A DNA stretch of 64,000 nucleotides from an uncultured Actinomycetota bacterium (GTDB lineage Bacteria > Actinomycetota > Actinomycetes > Mycobacteriales > Mycobacteriaceae): the NCBI GenBank assembly GCA_963785625.1, contig CAWAWC010000019.1, forward strand, positions 27,008 to 91,007, in the 5' to 3' direction. Position numbers and translations under genes: made by a program. Of the stretch, positions 50,669-60,246 are shown one piece after another. The stretch's first letter is position 1. Each line of letters opens with the position of its first letter. The notes under the pieces are model-generated. The model searched no databases. It had not been told where the DNA came from and saw only the letters and a list, made by a program, of their open reading frames with translations.

Positions 50669-51367
50669 TCAGCTCCCGAAGTTGCGGATACCGTCCCAGT
50701 CCACGAGTGTCCAGCCGGTCATGGGGTTCCCGGTGATCACCACGTGGCCGACGTTGGGCAGTGGGTGGCTGGTCGCCAGGCTGTCCTTGGCGTTCTTGGT
50801 GTTCATCAGCGTCCAGTACATGATGGAGTACAGGTGCGAGAACACCACGGGCTTGCTGTTGCCGCTGTCGTAGATCTTGTTGACGGCGGCGGTGAAACGG
50901 TCGTTGAACTCTTTGCCGCTCACCGAGCCCGGGATGCTGTCCTGGAGGTCACCGTTGAGCCAGTCCGCGGGAGCGAGCAGGTAAGTCGAGGAAGCCATCG
51001 AGTCGGGTTTGCCGTTGTACCAGCCGGCGTTGATCTCCTGCAGACCGGGCAGCACCTCCACCTGCTTGCCTAGTTCGGCGGCCAACGGCGCGGCGGTCTG
51101 TTGCGTTCGCTCCATGGTCGAGGCGTAGATGGCGTCGAAGTCGTGCCGGGCGTGCGCCAGCTGCTGGGCTTGCGCCTGGCCCTCGGGGCTCAGCCCCGGC
51201 CCCGGCACCTCGGTGTTGATGACCCCGCTCGCGTTGGCCTCGGACTGCGCGTGCCGGATGAACGTCAGCGTGATGCTGCGCGCCTGCGGTGATCCGCCGC
51301 AGGCACCGACGATTACCGTTGCGGCGATAACGGCGGCTGCTTTCCAGATCATGCTGCGTTTGGCCAT
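50669..51367 (-). CDS. lpqD: Lipoprotein LpqD, histidine-phosphatase (PGAM) superfamily
   Basis: Signal peptide plus lipobox (AATVIVGAC), followed by the RHAQSEAN catalytic motif. Confidence 0.85.
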   Translation of the reverse strand: MAKRSMIWKAAAVIAATVIVGACGGSPQARSITLTFIRHAQSEANASGVINTEVPGPGLSPEGQAQAQQLAHARHDFDAIYASTMERTQQTAAPLAAELGKQVEVLPGLQEINAGWYNGKPDSMASSTYLLAPADWLNGDLQDSIPGSVSGKEFNDRFTAAVNKIYDSGNSKPVVFSHLYSIMYWTLMNTKNAKDSLATSHPLPNVGHVVITGNPMTGWTLVDWDGIRNFGS

Positions 51368-51450
51368 GCCGATAGCCTGCCCTGCCGCAGGGTGCGGAGG
51401 GAAGGGTCTGCGATGGTTGGGTGCAGAAAAAAGCGGGAAAGGAGACCCCT

Positions 51451-52332
51451 ATGGCCATTGACCCCAGTGCCGTCGGCGCGGTCACGGAGCCGATGCTGTT
51501 CGAGTGGAAAGACCGGGAGACGCTGCTCTACGCGCTCGGTGTCGGCGCCGGCCTCGACGACCTGTCGTTCACCACCGAGAACAGCCACGGCATCACCCAG
51601 CAGGTGCTGCCCACCTACGCGGTGATCTGCTGCCCGGCGTTCGGGGCGGCCGGCAAGGTCGGAACGTTCAACTGGGCCATGCTTTTACACGGGTCGCAGG
51701 CCGTCCGGCTGCATGCGCCGCTGCCACCCGCCGGCAAGCTGTCGGTGGTCTCCGAGGTCGCCGACATCCAGGACAAGGGTGAGGGAAAGAACGCGGTCCT
51801 CGTGCTGCGCGGTCGCGGCACGGACCCGGACTCGGGGGAGCTGATCGCCGAGACGCTCACCACGCTCGTTATCCGCGGCGAGGGCGGATTCGGGGGACAG
51901 CCGGGTCAGCGCCCGGCCGCACCGGAGTTCCCGGACCGCGAGCCCGACGCCCGGATCCCGCTGCCCACCCGCGAGGACCAGGCGCTGATCTACCGGCTCT
52001 CCGGTGACCGCAACCCGCTGCACAGCGACCCCTGGTTCGCGCGCGAGATGGCCGGATTCCCCAAGCCGATCCTGCACGGGCTGTGCAGCTACGGCGTCAC
52101 GGGCCGCGCGCTGGTCGCCGAACTGGGCAAGGGCGTCGCGGCCAACGTCACCTCGATCGCGGCGCGGTTCACCTCGCCGGTGTTTCCCGGCGAGACACTG
52201 ACCACGCTGATCTGGCGCACCGAACCCGGGCATGCGGTGTTCCGCACCGAGGCTTCTGGCGCCGAAGGCGACTCAGATGGGGCCACAAGGGTGGTGCTGG
52301 ACGACGGTGCCGTGGAGTACGCGGCGGGTTAG
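51451..52332 (+). CDS. htdY: MaoC-like double-hotdog (3R)-hydroxyacyl-CoA dehydratase (HtdY/Rv3389c-like)
   Basis: Track ORF 51421..52332 trimmed to ATG 51451, after the SD GGAAAGGAG. YRLSGDRNPLHSDPWFA is the hydratase 2 motif. Confidence 0.85.
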   Translation: MAIDPSAVGAVTEPMLFEWKDRETLLYALGVGAGLDDLSFTTENSHGITQQVLPTYAVICCPAFGAAGKVGTFNWAMLLHGSQAVRLHAPLPPAGKLSVVSEVADIQDKGEGKNAVLVLRGRGTDPDSGELIAETLTTLVIRGEGGFGGQPGQRPAAPEFPDREPDARIPLPTREDQALIYRLSGDRNPLHSDPWFAREMAGFPKPILHGLCSYGVTGRALVAELGKGVAANVTSIAARFTSPVFPGETLTTLIWRTEPGHAVFRTEASGAEGDSDGATRVVLDDGAVEYAAG

Positions 52333-52370
52333 GTCCCTGGGGGCGCTGGTCAATGACCAACGGTCACAAA

Positions 52371-53615
52371 CTAATCCGCGCGCGCGCCACTTAGCTGACG
52401 TGCCAGCCGCTCGGTAAACTCGCCAGCCTGTGCGGGGCTGTCCAACGCGTACAACGCGGCGGTGGCGCGATCACCGTCTTCGTTGTGCCGCACCAGGATT
52501 GGGACACCTTGGACAGGCCCCGCACGCACCGCGTCGAATGCGTCCTCGTCGGTGATGTCGTCGCCGAGATAGATCGGCACCAGGGGACCCGGGCTGGTCT
52601 CCCGCAGGTGATCCATCACCCAGCGCAACGTCTTGCCCTTGTCCCAGTCGATGTCCGGACGCAGTTCGATGACTTCGCGACCGGTGGTCACCCGAAGCTC
52701 GTCGCGCCGGCCCGCGGCGCGCACCGTGGCCGCCACTTCGCCCACCCGGTCGCGGGCGGTATTGCGGTAGTGCACGGCGACGCCAAAACGCTTGTGCTCC
52801 ACCACCACACCGGGAATCGATCCCAGTTGGTTGCGTAGTTCGGCGGCCGCCTGTTCCAGCACCGGTATGGCCGCCGCGGCGGCGTCGTTCTGGTGGTGTT
52901 TTCCGTCGGGTGCGGTCAGCTCGAAACCATGGCTGCCGGCATACCAGATGCCGGGCAGGCCCACGCGCTGGGTCACGTCTGCGAGGTCGCGGCCGGACAG
53001 CACCGCGACCGGACACCGCGCGGCCAGCTCCCGCAGCGCGTCGGCCGCGCCGGCGACCAGCGTCGCCGCGTTGGGATCATTGACGATGTCCGACAGCGTG
53101 CCGTCGAAGTCGTAGAACACCGCCGGTCGCCCGTCCCCCAAGCCCTGGGCCTGCAACGCGTCGGGAAGCTGCGACATCCGTCGGTCCCCGGTGCGCACGG
53201 CGACGTCGCGGAGGTCGGCGACGACCGTGTCGGCGCCGGCGTCGCGCAGCGCGTCGCGGTTCCCGGTGCGGTCGACCCCGATGATCAATGCGAATCCGCC
53301 GGCGCGGGCGGCCCTGACCGCGGACACGTCGGTGTCGACGACGACGGATCGACCCGGCCGCACCCCCAGGCGCGTGGCCGCCTCAATGGGGTCGCCGCCG
53401 AGGATGTTGAACGGCTCGCCGATCCCGGCCGACGCCACTGCGTCCCGGCGCTCGGGATCTGCCGAAAAGACACCGATGCCGACCCCGACGTCGTTCAATT
53501 GCCGGACGAATGCCAGCGCGGAGTCGAACGGGCCGCCGTCGGGAGCCACCACAGTGTCGAGGTCGAACAGCACCGCGTCGTGGCGGCGCGAATCGATGGT
53601 GACCGGCATGGACAC
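52371..53615 (-). CDS. otsB2: Trehalose-6-phosphate phosphatase
   Basis: 414 aa with an N-terminal HAD-like domain (VLFDLDTVV) and a C-terminal T6PP domain (VFYDFDGTLSDIV ... LGDDITDEDAF). Confidence 0.9.
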   Translation of the reverse strand: MSMPVTIDSRRHDAVLFDLDTVVAPDGGPFDSALAFVRQLNDVGVGIGVFSADPERRDAVASAGIGEPFNILGGDPIEAATRLGVRPGRSVVVDTDVSAVRAARAGGFALIIGVDRTGNRDALRDAGADTVVADLRDVAVRTGDRRMSQLPDALQAQGLGDGRPAVFYDFDGTLSDIVNDPNAATLVAGAADALRELAARCPVAVLSGRDLADVTQRVGLPGIWYAGSHGFELTAPDGKHHQNDAAAAAIPVLEQAAAELRNQLGSIPGVVVEHKRFGVAVHYRNTARDRVGEVAATVRAAGRRDELRVTTGREVIELRPDIDWDKGKTLRWVMDHLRETSPGPLVPIYLGDDITDEDAFDAVRAGPVQGVPILVRHNEDGDRATAALYALDSPAQAGEFTERLARQLSGARAD

Positions 53616-53805
53616 ACCTTCTCAGGTGCCCGGTGCCCCGACGACGTCGGGTCAGTGACGCGCCCGTTGTGGCACCCGCGGGTACGGAGCAACTCAGTCC
53701 TGCATCGACGCCATCACACGGCCCAAGATCATCGCCCGATCTGGCGTGGACGCATTTTTAGCGTCATGGTGATAACCGCTCAGGGCCCGTGTCGCTCGAG
53801 CTTGC

Positions 53806-55374
53806 TCATCCCCGGGTCCCGATCGGGTGTGCCGGCAGCACGGCGAGCACGAAGAACGCGCCGGCGAGGCAGACCGCTGCGGCGGTCAGGCAGCCCGCGC
53901 TCATGCCGGACAGGAATGCGTCGCTGACCGTGCCGCGGACGGCGCCGGCGATCGATCCTGGAGAATGTGCGGCGACGGCCAGTCCTTGCGCCAAGCCTTC
54001 CTGCGCGACCGATCGAGCCGGTTCCGGCAGCACTTGCAGGGCGGGGCTATCGCCTAGTTGGCGGATGTAGAGCGTGGAGAAGATGCTGCCGATGACGGCA
54101 ACACCGAGAGTGCCGCCCACCTGGCGGGTGGCATCATTGACGGCCGACCCAGCGCCGGCCTGCTCTGGGCGCACGACTCCCATGATGGAGTCGGTGGCCG
54201 GTGCGGTGGTCAGTCCCAAGCCGCCGCCCAGCAAGACCATCTGGGCGGCCATCTCGGGGTAGCCGACGCTCAGGTCGACGATGCTGATCCAGGTGAAGGC
54301 GGCGGCCATCATCAACAGTCCAAGGAAGACAATGGCTTTGGTGCCCACGCGGCTGACGGCCACCCTGGTGCCAAGCACTGATCCGACGGCGATCGACAGC
54401 GCCACCGGAAGGATGCGCACTCCGGTGCCGAGCGGACCGAAGCCTTGCAGCTGCTGCATAAACTGGGTGATCAGGAAGATGAACCCGAACAGCGCGAAGA
54501 ACGCCACGGTGACCGCCCCGCTGGCCGCGCTGAACCGCAGATTCGTGAACAGCTTGACGTCGATCAGCGGATCGCGTTGCCGTAGCTCCCAAAGTGCGAA
54601 ACCGGTTCCTGCCGCAAGTGCCAGTGCGAAGCCGGCCAGTGTCGGCGCGGAGGCCCAACCCCGTTGCGGCGCTTCGATAATCGTGTAGATCAGCGCACCG
54701 AGCATGACCACCGAGAGCACCAGACCACCACGATCCAGTCGCGAACCCGGGTCGGGGGAGGAGGCCGGAATGACGACTGGTGCGGCGAGGGCCGCCGCCA
54801 GGGCGATGGGCGCCAACGCCAGAAACAGGCTGCCCCACCAGAACACCTCCAGGAGTGCGCCGCCGAGAATCGGGCCGATCGCCACGCCAAGACCGGTGAC
54901 CGCACCCCACAGGCCGATCGCCGCTGCCCGTTTCCGGGGTTCGCGGAACGTGTCGGTGATAATGGCCAGCGTGGTGGGGTAGATCAGGGCTGAGGCCATG
55001 CCCATCACCAGTCGCATCACGATCAGTGATCCGGTCGTAGTGCACAGCGCCGCGCCGACACTGCTCAGCGCGAAGAGGACCAGGCCGGCTATCAGCGTCC
55101 CGCGGCGGCCGAACTTGTCCCCGATTGTGCCGCCTGCCAGCACCAGCGCGGCAAAGGCCAGGTTGTAGGCGTCGACGATCCACTGCAGTCCGCGCGTCGA
55201 AGCGCCCAACGCCGAATTCAGTGTCGGCAGAGCCACATTGACGATCGTTGTCTCCACGTTGATCGCCAGCGATGCGACCAGGACGACCGCCAGGACGGCG
55301 GCGGGCCGCACTCGTTTCGGCGGAGCAGCATGCGCGCCGGGGGTTCGGTAGCGGTGGGGGGCATCGATGGTCAT
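53806..55374 (-). CDS. MFS transporter, DHA2 (EmrB/QacA, 14-TMS) type
   Basis: 522 aa with ...LQWIVDAYNLAFAALVLAGGTIGDKFGRRG (MFS motif A region) and many TM segments. Confidence 0.9.
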   Translation of the reverse strand: MTIDAPHRYRTPGAHAAPPKRVRPAAVLAVVLVASLAINVETTIVNVALPTLNSALGASTRGLQWIVDAYNLAFAALVLAGGTIGDKFGRRGTLIAGLVLFALSSVGAALCTTTGSLIVMRLVMGMASALIYPTTLAIITDTFREPRKRAAAIGLWGAVTGLGVAIGPILGGALLEVFWWGSLFLALAPIALAAALAAPVVIPASSPDPGSRLDRGGLVLSVVMLGALIYTIIEAPQRGWASAPTLAGFALALAAGTGFALWELRQRDPLIDVKLFTNLRFSAASGAVTVAFFALFGFIFLITQFMQQLQGFGPLGTGVRILPVALSIAVGSVLGTRVAVSRVGTKAIVFLGLLMMAAAFTWISIVDLSVGYPEMAAQMVLLGGGLGLTTAPATDSIMGVVRPEQAGAGSAVNDATRQVGGTLGVAVIGSIFSTLYIRQLGDSPALQVLPEPARSVAQEGLAQGLAVAAHSPGSIAGAVRGTVSDAFLSGMSAGCLTAAAVCLAGAFFVLAVLPAHPIGTRG

Positions 55375-55455
55375 CTATGGTCCGCCTTATGTTGACGCAA
55401 GTAACATCGGCTAGCATTACAGCGAAAGTTACCGCTGTCAACATGGGCGGGGTGG

Positions 55456-56067
55456 TTAGCGGATGCCGTCTTGGATCACGTCAAGCAGGCGGTCGGTGAT
55501 CTGCTGCTTGCGATGGGTGTCCGCTGCCGCCAGCGGTCCGTCGAGGTACAACGTGGCCAGGCCATGAACCGCTGCCCACGCGGCCTCGTCGAGTCCGTCA
55601 CGCCGGCTAGGGATGAGGACCCCGGTGGCGACGAGCTCGTCGATGCAGCCGCTGAGAATCCGGAACGGATGACGTTCGGCCGGCACGATGGTGTCGGTGT
55701 GGTGCAGCCCCCCGGGCGCGAACGCGGTCCGAAACAGGCCGGGCTCGGCAAGGGCGAAGTCAACGTATGCCTGGCCGGTGGCGCGGAAGCGCGCCAGGGC
55801 GCGCCGATCGTGTGGGCCGCGGTTCGGGACTGCCGCCAATGACTCGACCATCGCCTCACCCAGCAACGTCATCCCGTAAACCTGAACCGCGGTCAAGAGC
55901 GCCCGGCGATCCGAGTAGTGCCGATAAGCCGCAGAGTTGCTCACACCGGCCGCACGTTGCACATCGCGCAACACCACCGCGTCGGGTCCGCCGGCCCGTG
56001 CCAGGTCCACCGCGTGCTCCAACAGCGCCTGCCGCAAGTTGCCGTGGTGGTAGGAGTTGGATGCCAT
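55456..56067 (-). CDS. TetR/AcrR-family regulator (upstream of the MFS gene, same strand)
   Basis: 203-aa MASNSYHHGNLRQALLEHAVDLARAGGPDAVVLRDVQRAAGVSNSAAYRHYSDRRAL contains a TetR HTH. Confidence 0.88.
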   Translation of the reverse strand: MASNSYHHGNLRQALLEHAVDLARAGGPDAVVLRDVQRAAGVSNSAAYRHYSDRRALLTAVQVYGMTLLGEAMVESLAAVPNRGPHDRRALARFRATGQAYVDFALAEPGLFRTAFAPGGLHHTDTIVPAERHPFRILSGCIDELVATGVLIPSRRDGLDEAAWAAVHGLATLYLDGPLAAADTHRKQQITDRLLDVIQDGIR

Positions 56068-56124
56068 GTTGACAAGTCTTACATTGAAGCCCTGCCGCAG
56101 TCAGCGGGCTATTCGCGGGACCTA

Positions 56125-56158
56125 TGTCCTATGCATGAATCTGTCCTATGCATGAATC
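56125..56158. repeat. 17-bp perfect tandem duplication abutting the dnaE2 SOS box
   Basis: TGTCCTATGCATGAATC occurs at 56125-56141 and 56142-56158. The second copy supplies the first 2 nt of the SOS box. Confidence 0.9.
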
Positions 56159-56172
56159 GAACATACTTTCGA
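56157..56172. promoter_or_regulatory. LexA SOS box upstream of dnaE2
   Basis: TCGAACATACTTTCGA is identical to the box at 44816-44831. It is directly followed by the -10-like TAGACT (56173-56178). Confidence 0.75.
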
Positions 56173-56184
56173 TAGACTGTGGGG

Positions 56185-59100
56185 GTGGGCTGGTTTAATG
56201 GGCCGCCGAGCTGGGCGGAGATGGAGCGTGTGCTCGACAGCAAGCCGCGCCATGCCGGCGAGCACGTTTCGGCGGGCCCCCACGAAGACGGTCCCTTGTC
56301 GCCGAAGCGCGCGGCGTACCGGCCGCCCGCCTCGAAACCAGGGGGGGCTCGGATGGCCCGTTCGTCCGTCGCTCATTCCGTTTCATACGCCGAGCTGCAT
56401 GCGCATTCGGCGTTCAGCTTTTTAGACGGGGCCAGCACCCCGGAGGAGCTGGTCGAGGAGGCCGCCCGGCTGGATCTGCGCGCCCTCGCGCTGACCGACC
56501 ACGACGGCCTGTACGGCGCGGTGCGGTTCGCCGAAGCGGCCGTCGAACTCGACATCCGCACCGTGTTCGGGGCTGAACTGTCGCTGGGGGCGGGCGCCCG
56601 CACCGAGGCGCCGGATCCGCCCGGCCCGCACCTGCTGGTGCTGGCCCGCGGTCCGGAGGGTTATCGACGGCTGTCGCGGCAGTTGGCCGCCGCGCATCTG
56701 GCCGGCGGCGAGAAGGGCAAGCCGCGCTATGACCTCGACGCGCTGACCGAGGCCGCCGGCGGGCACTGGCACATCCTGACCGGATGCCGCAAAGCCCATC
56801 TGCGCCAAGCCCTTTCCGACGGCGGCCCGGACGCCGCGGAGCGCGCGCTGGCTGACCTGGTGGACCGGTTCGGCGCGCACAGGGTCAGCGTCGAGCTAAC
56901 CCATCACGGTCACCCGCTCGATCACGAACGCAACGCGGTGCTGGCCGGGCTGGCGCCGCGCTTCGGCGTCAGCGTCGTCGCCACCACCGGGGCGCACTTC
57001 GCCCACCCGTCGCGCGGCCGGCTCGCCATGGCGATGGGTGCCATCCGGGCGCGGCAGTCCCTGGATGTCGCAGCCGGATGGCTGGCCCCGCTGGGTGGCT
57101 CACACCTGAGGTCCGGCGAGGAGATGGCCCGGCTGTTCGCGCAGCGGCCCGACGCGGTGACCGCCGCCGCCGACCTCGGCGAGCAGTGCGCGTTCGGACT
57201 GGCGCTGATCGCGCCGCAGCTGCCGCCGTTCGACGTGCCCGACGGGCACACCGAGGACAGCTGGCTGCGGCAGCTGACGATGACGGGGGCGCTCGGCCGC
57301 TACGGGCCGGCCGACAGCGCGCCGCGCGCGTACGCCCAGATCGAGCACGAGCTGAAAGTAATTGCACAGCTGCAGTTTCCGGGCTACTTCCTGGTGGTCC
57401 ACGATATCGCCCGGTTCTGCCGCCAGAACAACATCCTGTGCCAGGGCAGGGGGTCGGCGGCCAATTCGGCGGTCTGTTACGCCCTCGGCGTCACCGCGGT
57501 CGACCCGGTGGCCAACGAGTTGTTGTTCGAGCGGTTCCTGTCGCCCGCCCGCGACGGGCCGCCCGACATCGACATGGACATCGAGTCCGACCAGCGCGAA
57601 AAGGTCATCCAGTACGTCTATGACAAGTACGGCCGGGACTACGCCGCCCAGGTCGCCAACGTCATCACCTACCGGGGCCGGATCGCGGTGCGCGACATGG
57701 CCCGCGCACTGGGTTTCTCGCAGGGCCAGCAGGATGCCTGGAGCACGCAGATCAGCCACTGGAACGGACTTGCGGATGCGCCCGACTCGAATCTCCCAGA
57801 GGGCATCCCCGAGCAGGTGGTCGACCTGGCCAACCAGATCCGGAACCTACCGCGGCACATGGGTATTCATTCCGGGGGCATGGTGATCTGCGACCGCCCG
57901 ATCGCCGACGTGTGCCCGGTGGAGTGGGCGCGCATGGAGAACCGCAGCGTCCTGCAATGGGACAAAGACGACTGCGCGGCAATTGGTTTGGTGAAGTTCG
58001 ACCTGCTCGGGCTGGGCATGCTCTCGGCGCTGCACTACGCCATCGACCTGGTGGCCGAGCACAAAGGGATCGAGGTCGACCTGGCCAGGCTCGACCTCTC
58101 CGAACCGGCGGTGTACGAGATGCTGGCCCGTGCCGATTCCGTCGGCGTCTTCCAGGTGGAGTCGCGGGCGCAGATGGCCACCCTGCCGCGCCTGCGGCCC
58201 CGGATCTTCTACGACTTGGTAGTGGAGGTCGCGCTGATCCGCCCCGGCCCCATTCAGGGCGGCTCGGTGCACCCCTACATCCGGCGGCGCAACGGCATCG
58301 ACCCGGTCGTCTACGACCACCCCTCGATGGAGCCGGCGCTGCGAAAGACGCTGGGGGTGCCGCTTTTCCAGGAACAGCTGATGCAGCTCGCGGTGGACTG
58401 CGCCGGCTTTTCCGCCGCCGAGGCCGACCAGCTGCGGCGCGCCATGGGCTCCAAGCGTTCGACCGAACGCATGCGCCGGCTGCGCGGCCGGTTCTACGAC
58501 GGCATGCGCGCGCTGCACGGCGCCAGTGACGAAGTGATCGACCGGACCTACGAAAAGCTGGAGGCCTTCGCCAATTTCGGCTTCCCGGAAAGCCACGCGT
58601 TGTCCTTCGCGTCGCTGGTGTTCTACTCGTCGTGGTTCAAGCTGCACCACCCGGCGGCATTCTGCGCGGCGCTGCTGCGCGCCCAGCCGATGGGCTTCTA
58701 TTCGCCGCAGTCCCTGGTGGCCGATGCGCGCCGGCACGACGTGACGGTGCACGGCCCGGACGCCAACGCCAGCCTGGCCCACGCCGCCTTGGAAGACGCA
58801 GGGAACGCCGTCCGTCTGGGGCTGGGCGCCGTCCGCCACATCGGTGACGACCTCGCCGAGAAGCTGGTCGACGAGCGAAAAGCCAACGGGCCGTATGCTT
58901 CTCTGCTGGATCTGACCAATCGGCTGCAATTGAGCGTGCCGCAGACCGAAGCGCTCGCGACGGCCGGGGCGCTGGGTTGCTTCGGCATGTCCCGGCGGGA
59001 GGCGCTGTGGGCGGCCGGGGCGGCCGCCACGCAACGGCCGGACCGGTTACCGGGTGTGGGCTCGTCGTCGCACATCCCGGCGTTGCCGGGGATGAGTGAG

Positions 59101-59505
59101 CTGGAGTTGGCCGCCGCCGACGTGTGGGCCACCGGCGTCTCCCCGGACAGTTATCCGACGCAGTTCCTGCGGGCCGATTTGGACGCGATGGGGGTGCTGC
59201 CCGCAGAGAAGCTGCTGTCGGTTCCCGACGGCGACCGAGTGTTGATCGCCGGTGCGGTGACTCATCGGCAGCGTCCCGGGACGGCCCAGGGGGTGACGTT
59301 TCTCAACCTCGAGGACGAGACCGGGATGGTCAACGTGCTCTGCACGCCGGGGGTGTGGGCGCGGCATCGCAAGCTGGCGAACACGGCGCCGGCGTTGCTG
59401 GTCCGTGGGCAGCTCCAAAACTCCAGCGGCGCGGTCACCGTCGTCGCCGAGCGGTTGGGCCGCATCACCCTCGCCGTCGGATCGAAATCGCGCGACTTCC
59501 GGTGA
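56185..59505 (+). CDS. dnaE2: Error-prone DNA polymerase III alpha subunit DnaE2
   Basis: Track ORF 56179..59505. I prefer GTG 56185 because (M)GWFNGPPSWAEMERVLDSKPRH matches the Mtb DnaE2 N-terminus as I recall it. It has a PHP domain (YAELHAHSAFSFLDGAS) and a pol III alpha core. Confidence 0.95.
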   Translation: MGWFNGPPSWAEMERVLDSKPRHAGEHVSAGPHEDGPLSPKRAAYRPPASKPGGARMARSSVAHSVSYAELHAHSAFSFLDGASTPEELVEEAARLDLRALALTDHDGLYGAVRFAEAAVELDIRTVFGAELSLGAGARTEAPDPPGPHLLVLARGPEGYRRLSRQLAAAHLAGGEKGKPRYDLDALTEAAGGHWHILTGCRKAHLRQALSDGGPDAAERALADLVDRFGAHRVSVELTHHGHPLDHERNAVLAGLAPRFGVSVVATTGAHFAHPSRGRLAMAMGAIRARQSLDVAAGWLAPLGGSHLRSGEEMARLFAQRPDAVTAAADLGEQCAFGLALIAPQLPPFDVPDGHTEDSWLRQLTMTGALGRYGPADSAPRAYAQIEHELKVIAQLQFPGYFLVVHDIARFCRQNNILCQGRGSAANSAVCYALGVTAVDPVANELLFERFLSPARDGPPDIDMDIESDQREKVIQYVYDKYGRDYAAQVANVITYRGRIAVRDMARALGFSQGQQDAWSTQISHWNGLADAPDSNLPEGIPEQVVDLANQIRNLPRHMGIHSGGMVICDRPIADVCPVEWARMENRSVLQWDKDDCAAIGLVKFDLLGLGMLSALHYAIDLVAEHKGIEVDLARLDLSEPAVYEMLARADSVGVFQVESRAQMATLPRLRPRIFYDLVVEVALIRPGPIQGGSVHPYIRRRNGIDPVVYDHPSMEPALRKTLGVPLFQEQLMQLAVDCAGFSAAEADQLRRAMGSKRSTERMRRLRGRFYDGMRALHGASDEVIDRTYEKLEAFANFGFPESHALSFASLVFYSSWFKLHHPAAFCAALLRAQPMGFYSPQSLVADARRHDVTVHGPDANASLAHAALEDAGNAVRLGLGAVRHIGDDLAEKLVDERKANGPYASLLDLTNRLQLSVPQTEALATAGALGCFGMSRREALWAAGAAATQRPDRLPGVGSSSHIPALPGMSELELAAADVWATGVSPDSYPTQFLRADLDAMGVLPAEKLLSVPDGDRVLIAGAVTHRQRPGTAQGVTFLNLEDETGMVNVLCTPGVWARHRKLANTAPALLVRGQLQNSSGAVTVVAERLGRITLAVGSKSRDFR

Positions 59506-59601
59506 GTTTCGCCGAGCGTGCACTCAGCGCCAAAATTCCGCCGAATCTTCGCAGTGAGTACACGTTCGGTGCGCGGACGGCCACCTCGGTAACCTCCCCT
59601 T

Positions 59602-60246
59602 ATGACCCTCAACCTGTCCGTCGACGAAGTCCTGACCACCACCCGCTCGGTCCGCAGACGCCTCGACTTCGACAAGCCGGTGGGCCGTGAGGTCTTGATG
59701 GAATGCCTCGACCTGGCGCTGCAGGCGCCCACCGGTTCCAACTCACAGGGGTGGCAGTGGGTGTTCGTCGAGGACGCCGACAAGCGCAAGGCCATCGGCG
59801 AGATCTATCGGTCCTACGCCCTCGGTTACCTCAGCTCGCCCTCACCCGAATACCCCCAGGGCGACACCCGCGGGGAGCGGATGGGCAAGATCAGGGATTC
59901 CGCCACCTACCTCGCCGAGCACATGCACGAGGCGCCGGTCCTCATGATCCCCTGCATCGAAGGCCGCGAAGACAAGACTCCGCTGGGCGGTGTGTCCTTC
60001 TGGGCGTCGCTGTTCCCGGCGGTCTGGAGCTTCTGCCTGGCGCTGCGCTCCCGCGGACTGGGCACCTGCTGGACGACGCTGCACCTGCTCAGGGACGGCG
60101 AGCGACAGGCGGCCGAGGTGCTCGGCATCCCCTTCGACAAATACAGCCAGGCCGGGTTGTTCCCGATCGCCTACACCAAAGGCACCGACTTCCGGCCCGC
60201 CAAGCGCCTGCCCGCCGAGCAGGTGACACACTGGAACACCTGGTAG
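59602..60246 (+). CDS. Nitroreductase-family protein (Rv3368c-like)
   Basis: 214-aa MTLNLSVDEVLTTTRSVRRRLDFDKPV...APTGSNSQGWQWVFV is a typical nitroreductase-fold signature. Confidence 0.85.
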   Translation: MTLNLSVDEVLTTTRSVRRRLDFDKPVGREVLMECLDLALQAPTGSNSQGWQWVFVEDADKRKAIGEIYRSYALGYLSSPSPEYPQGDTRGERMGKIRDSATYLAEHMHEAPVLMIPCIEGREDKTPLGGVSFWASLFPAVWSFCLALRSRGLGTCWTTLHLLRDGERQAAEVLGIPFDKYSQAGLFPIAYTKGTDFRPAKRLPAEQVTHWNTW

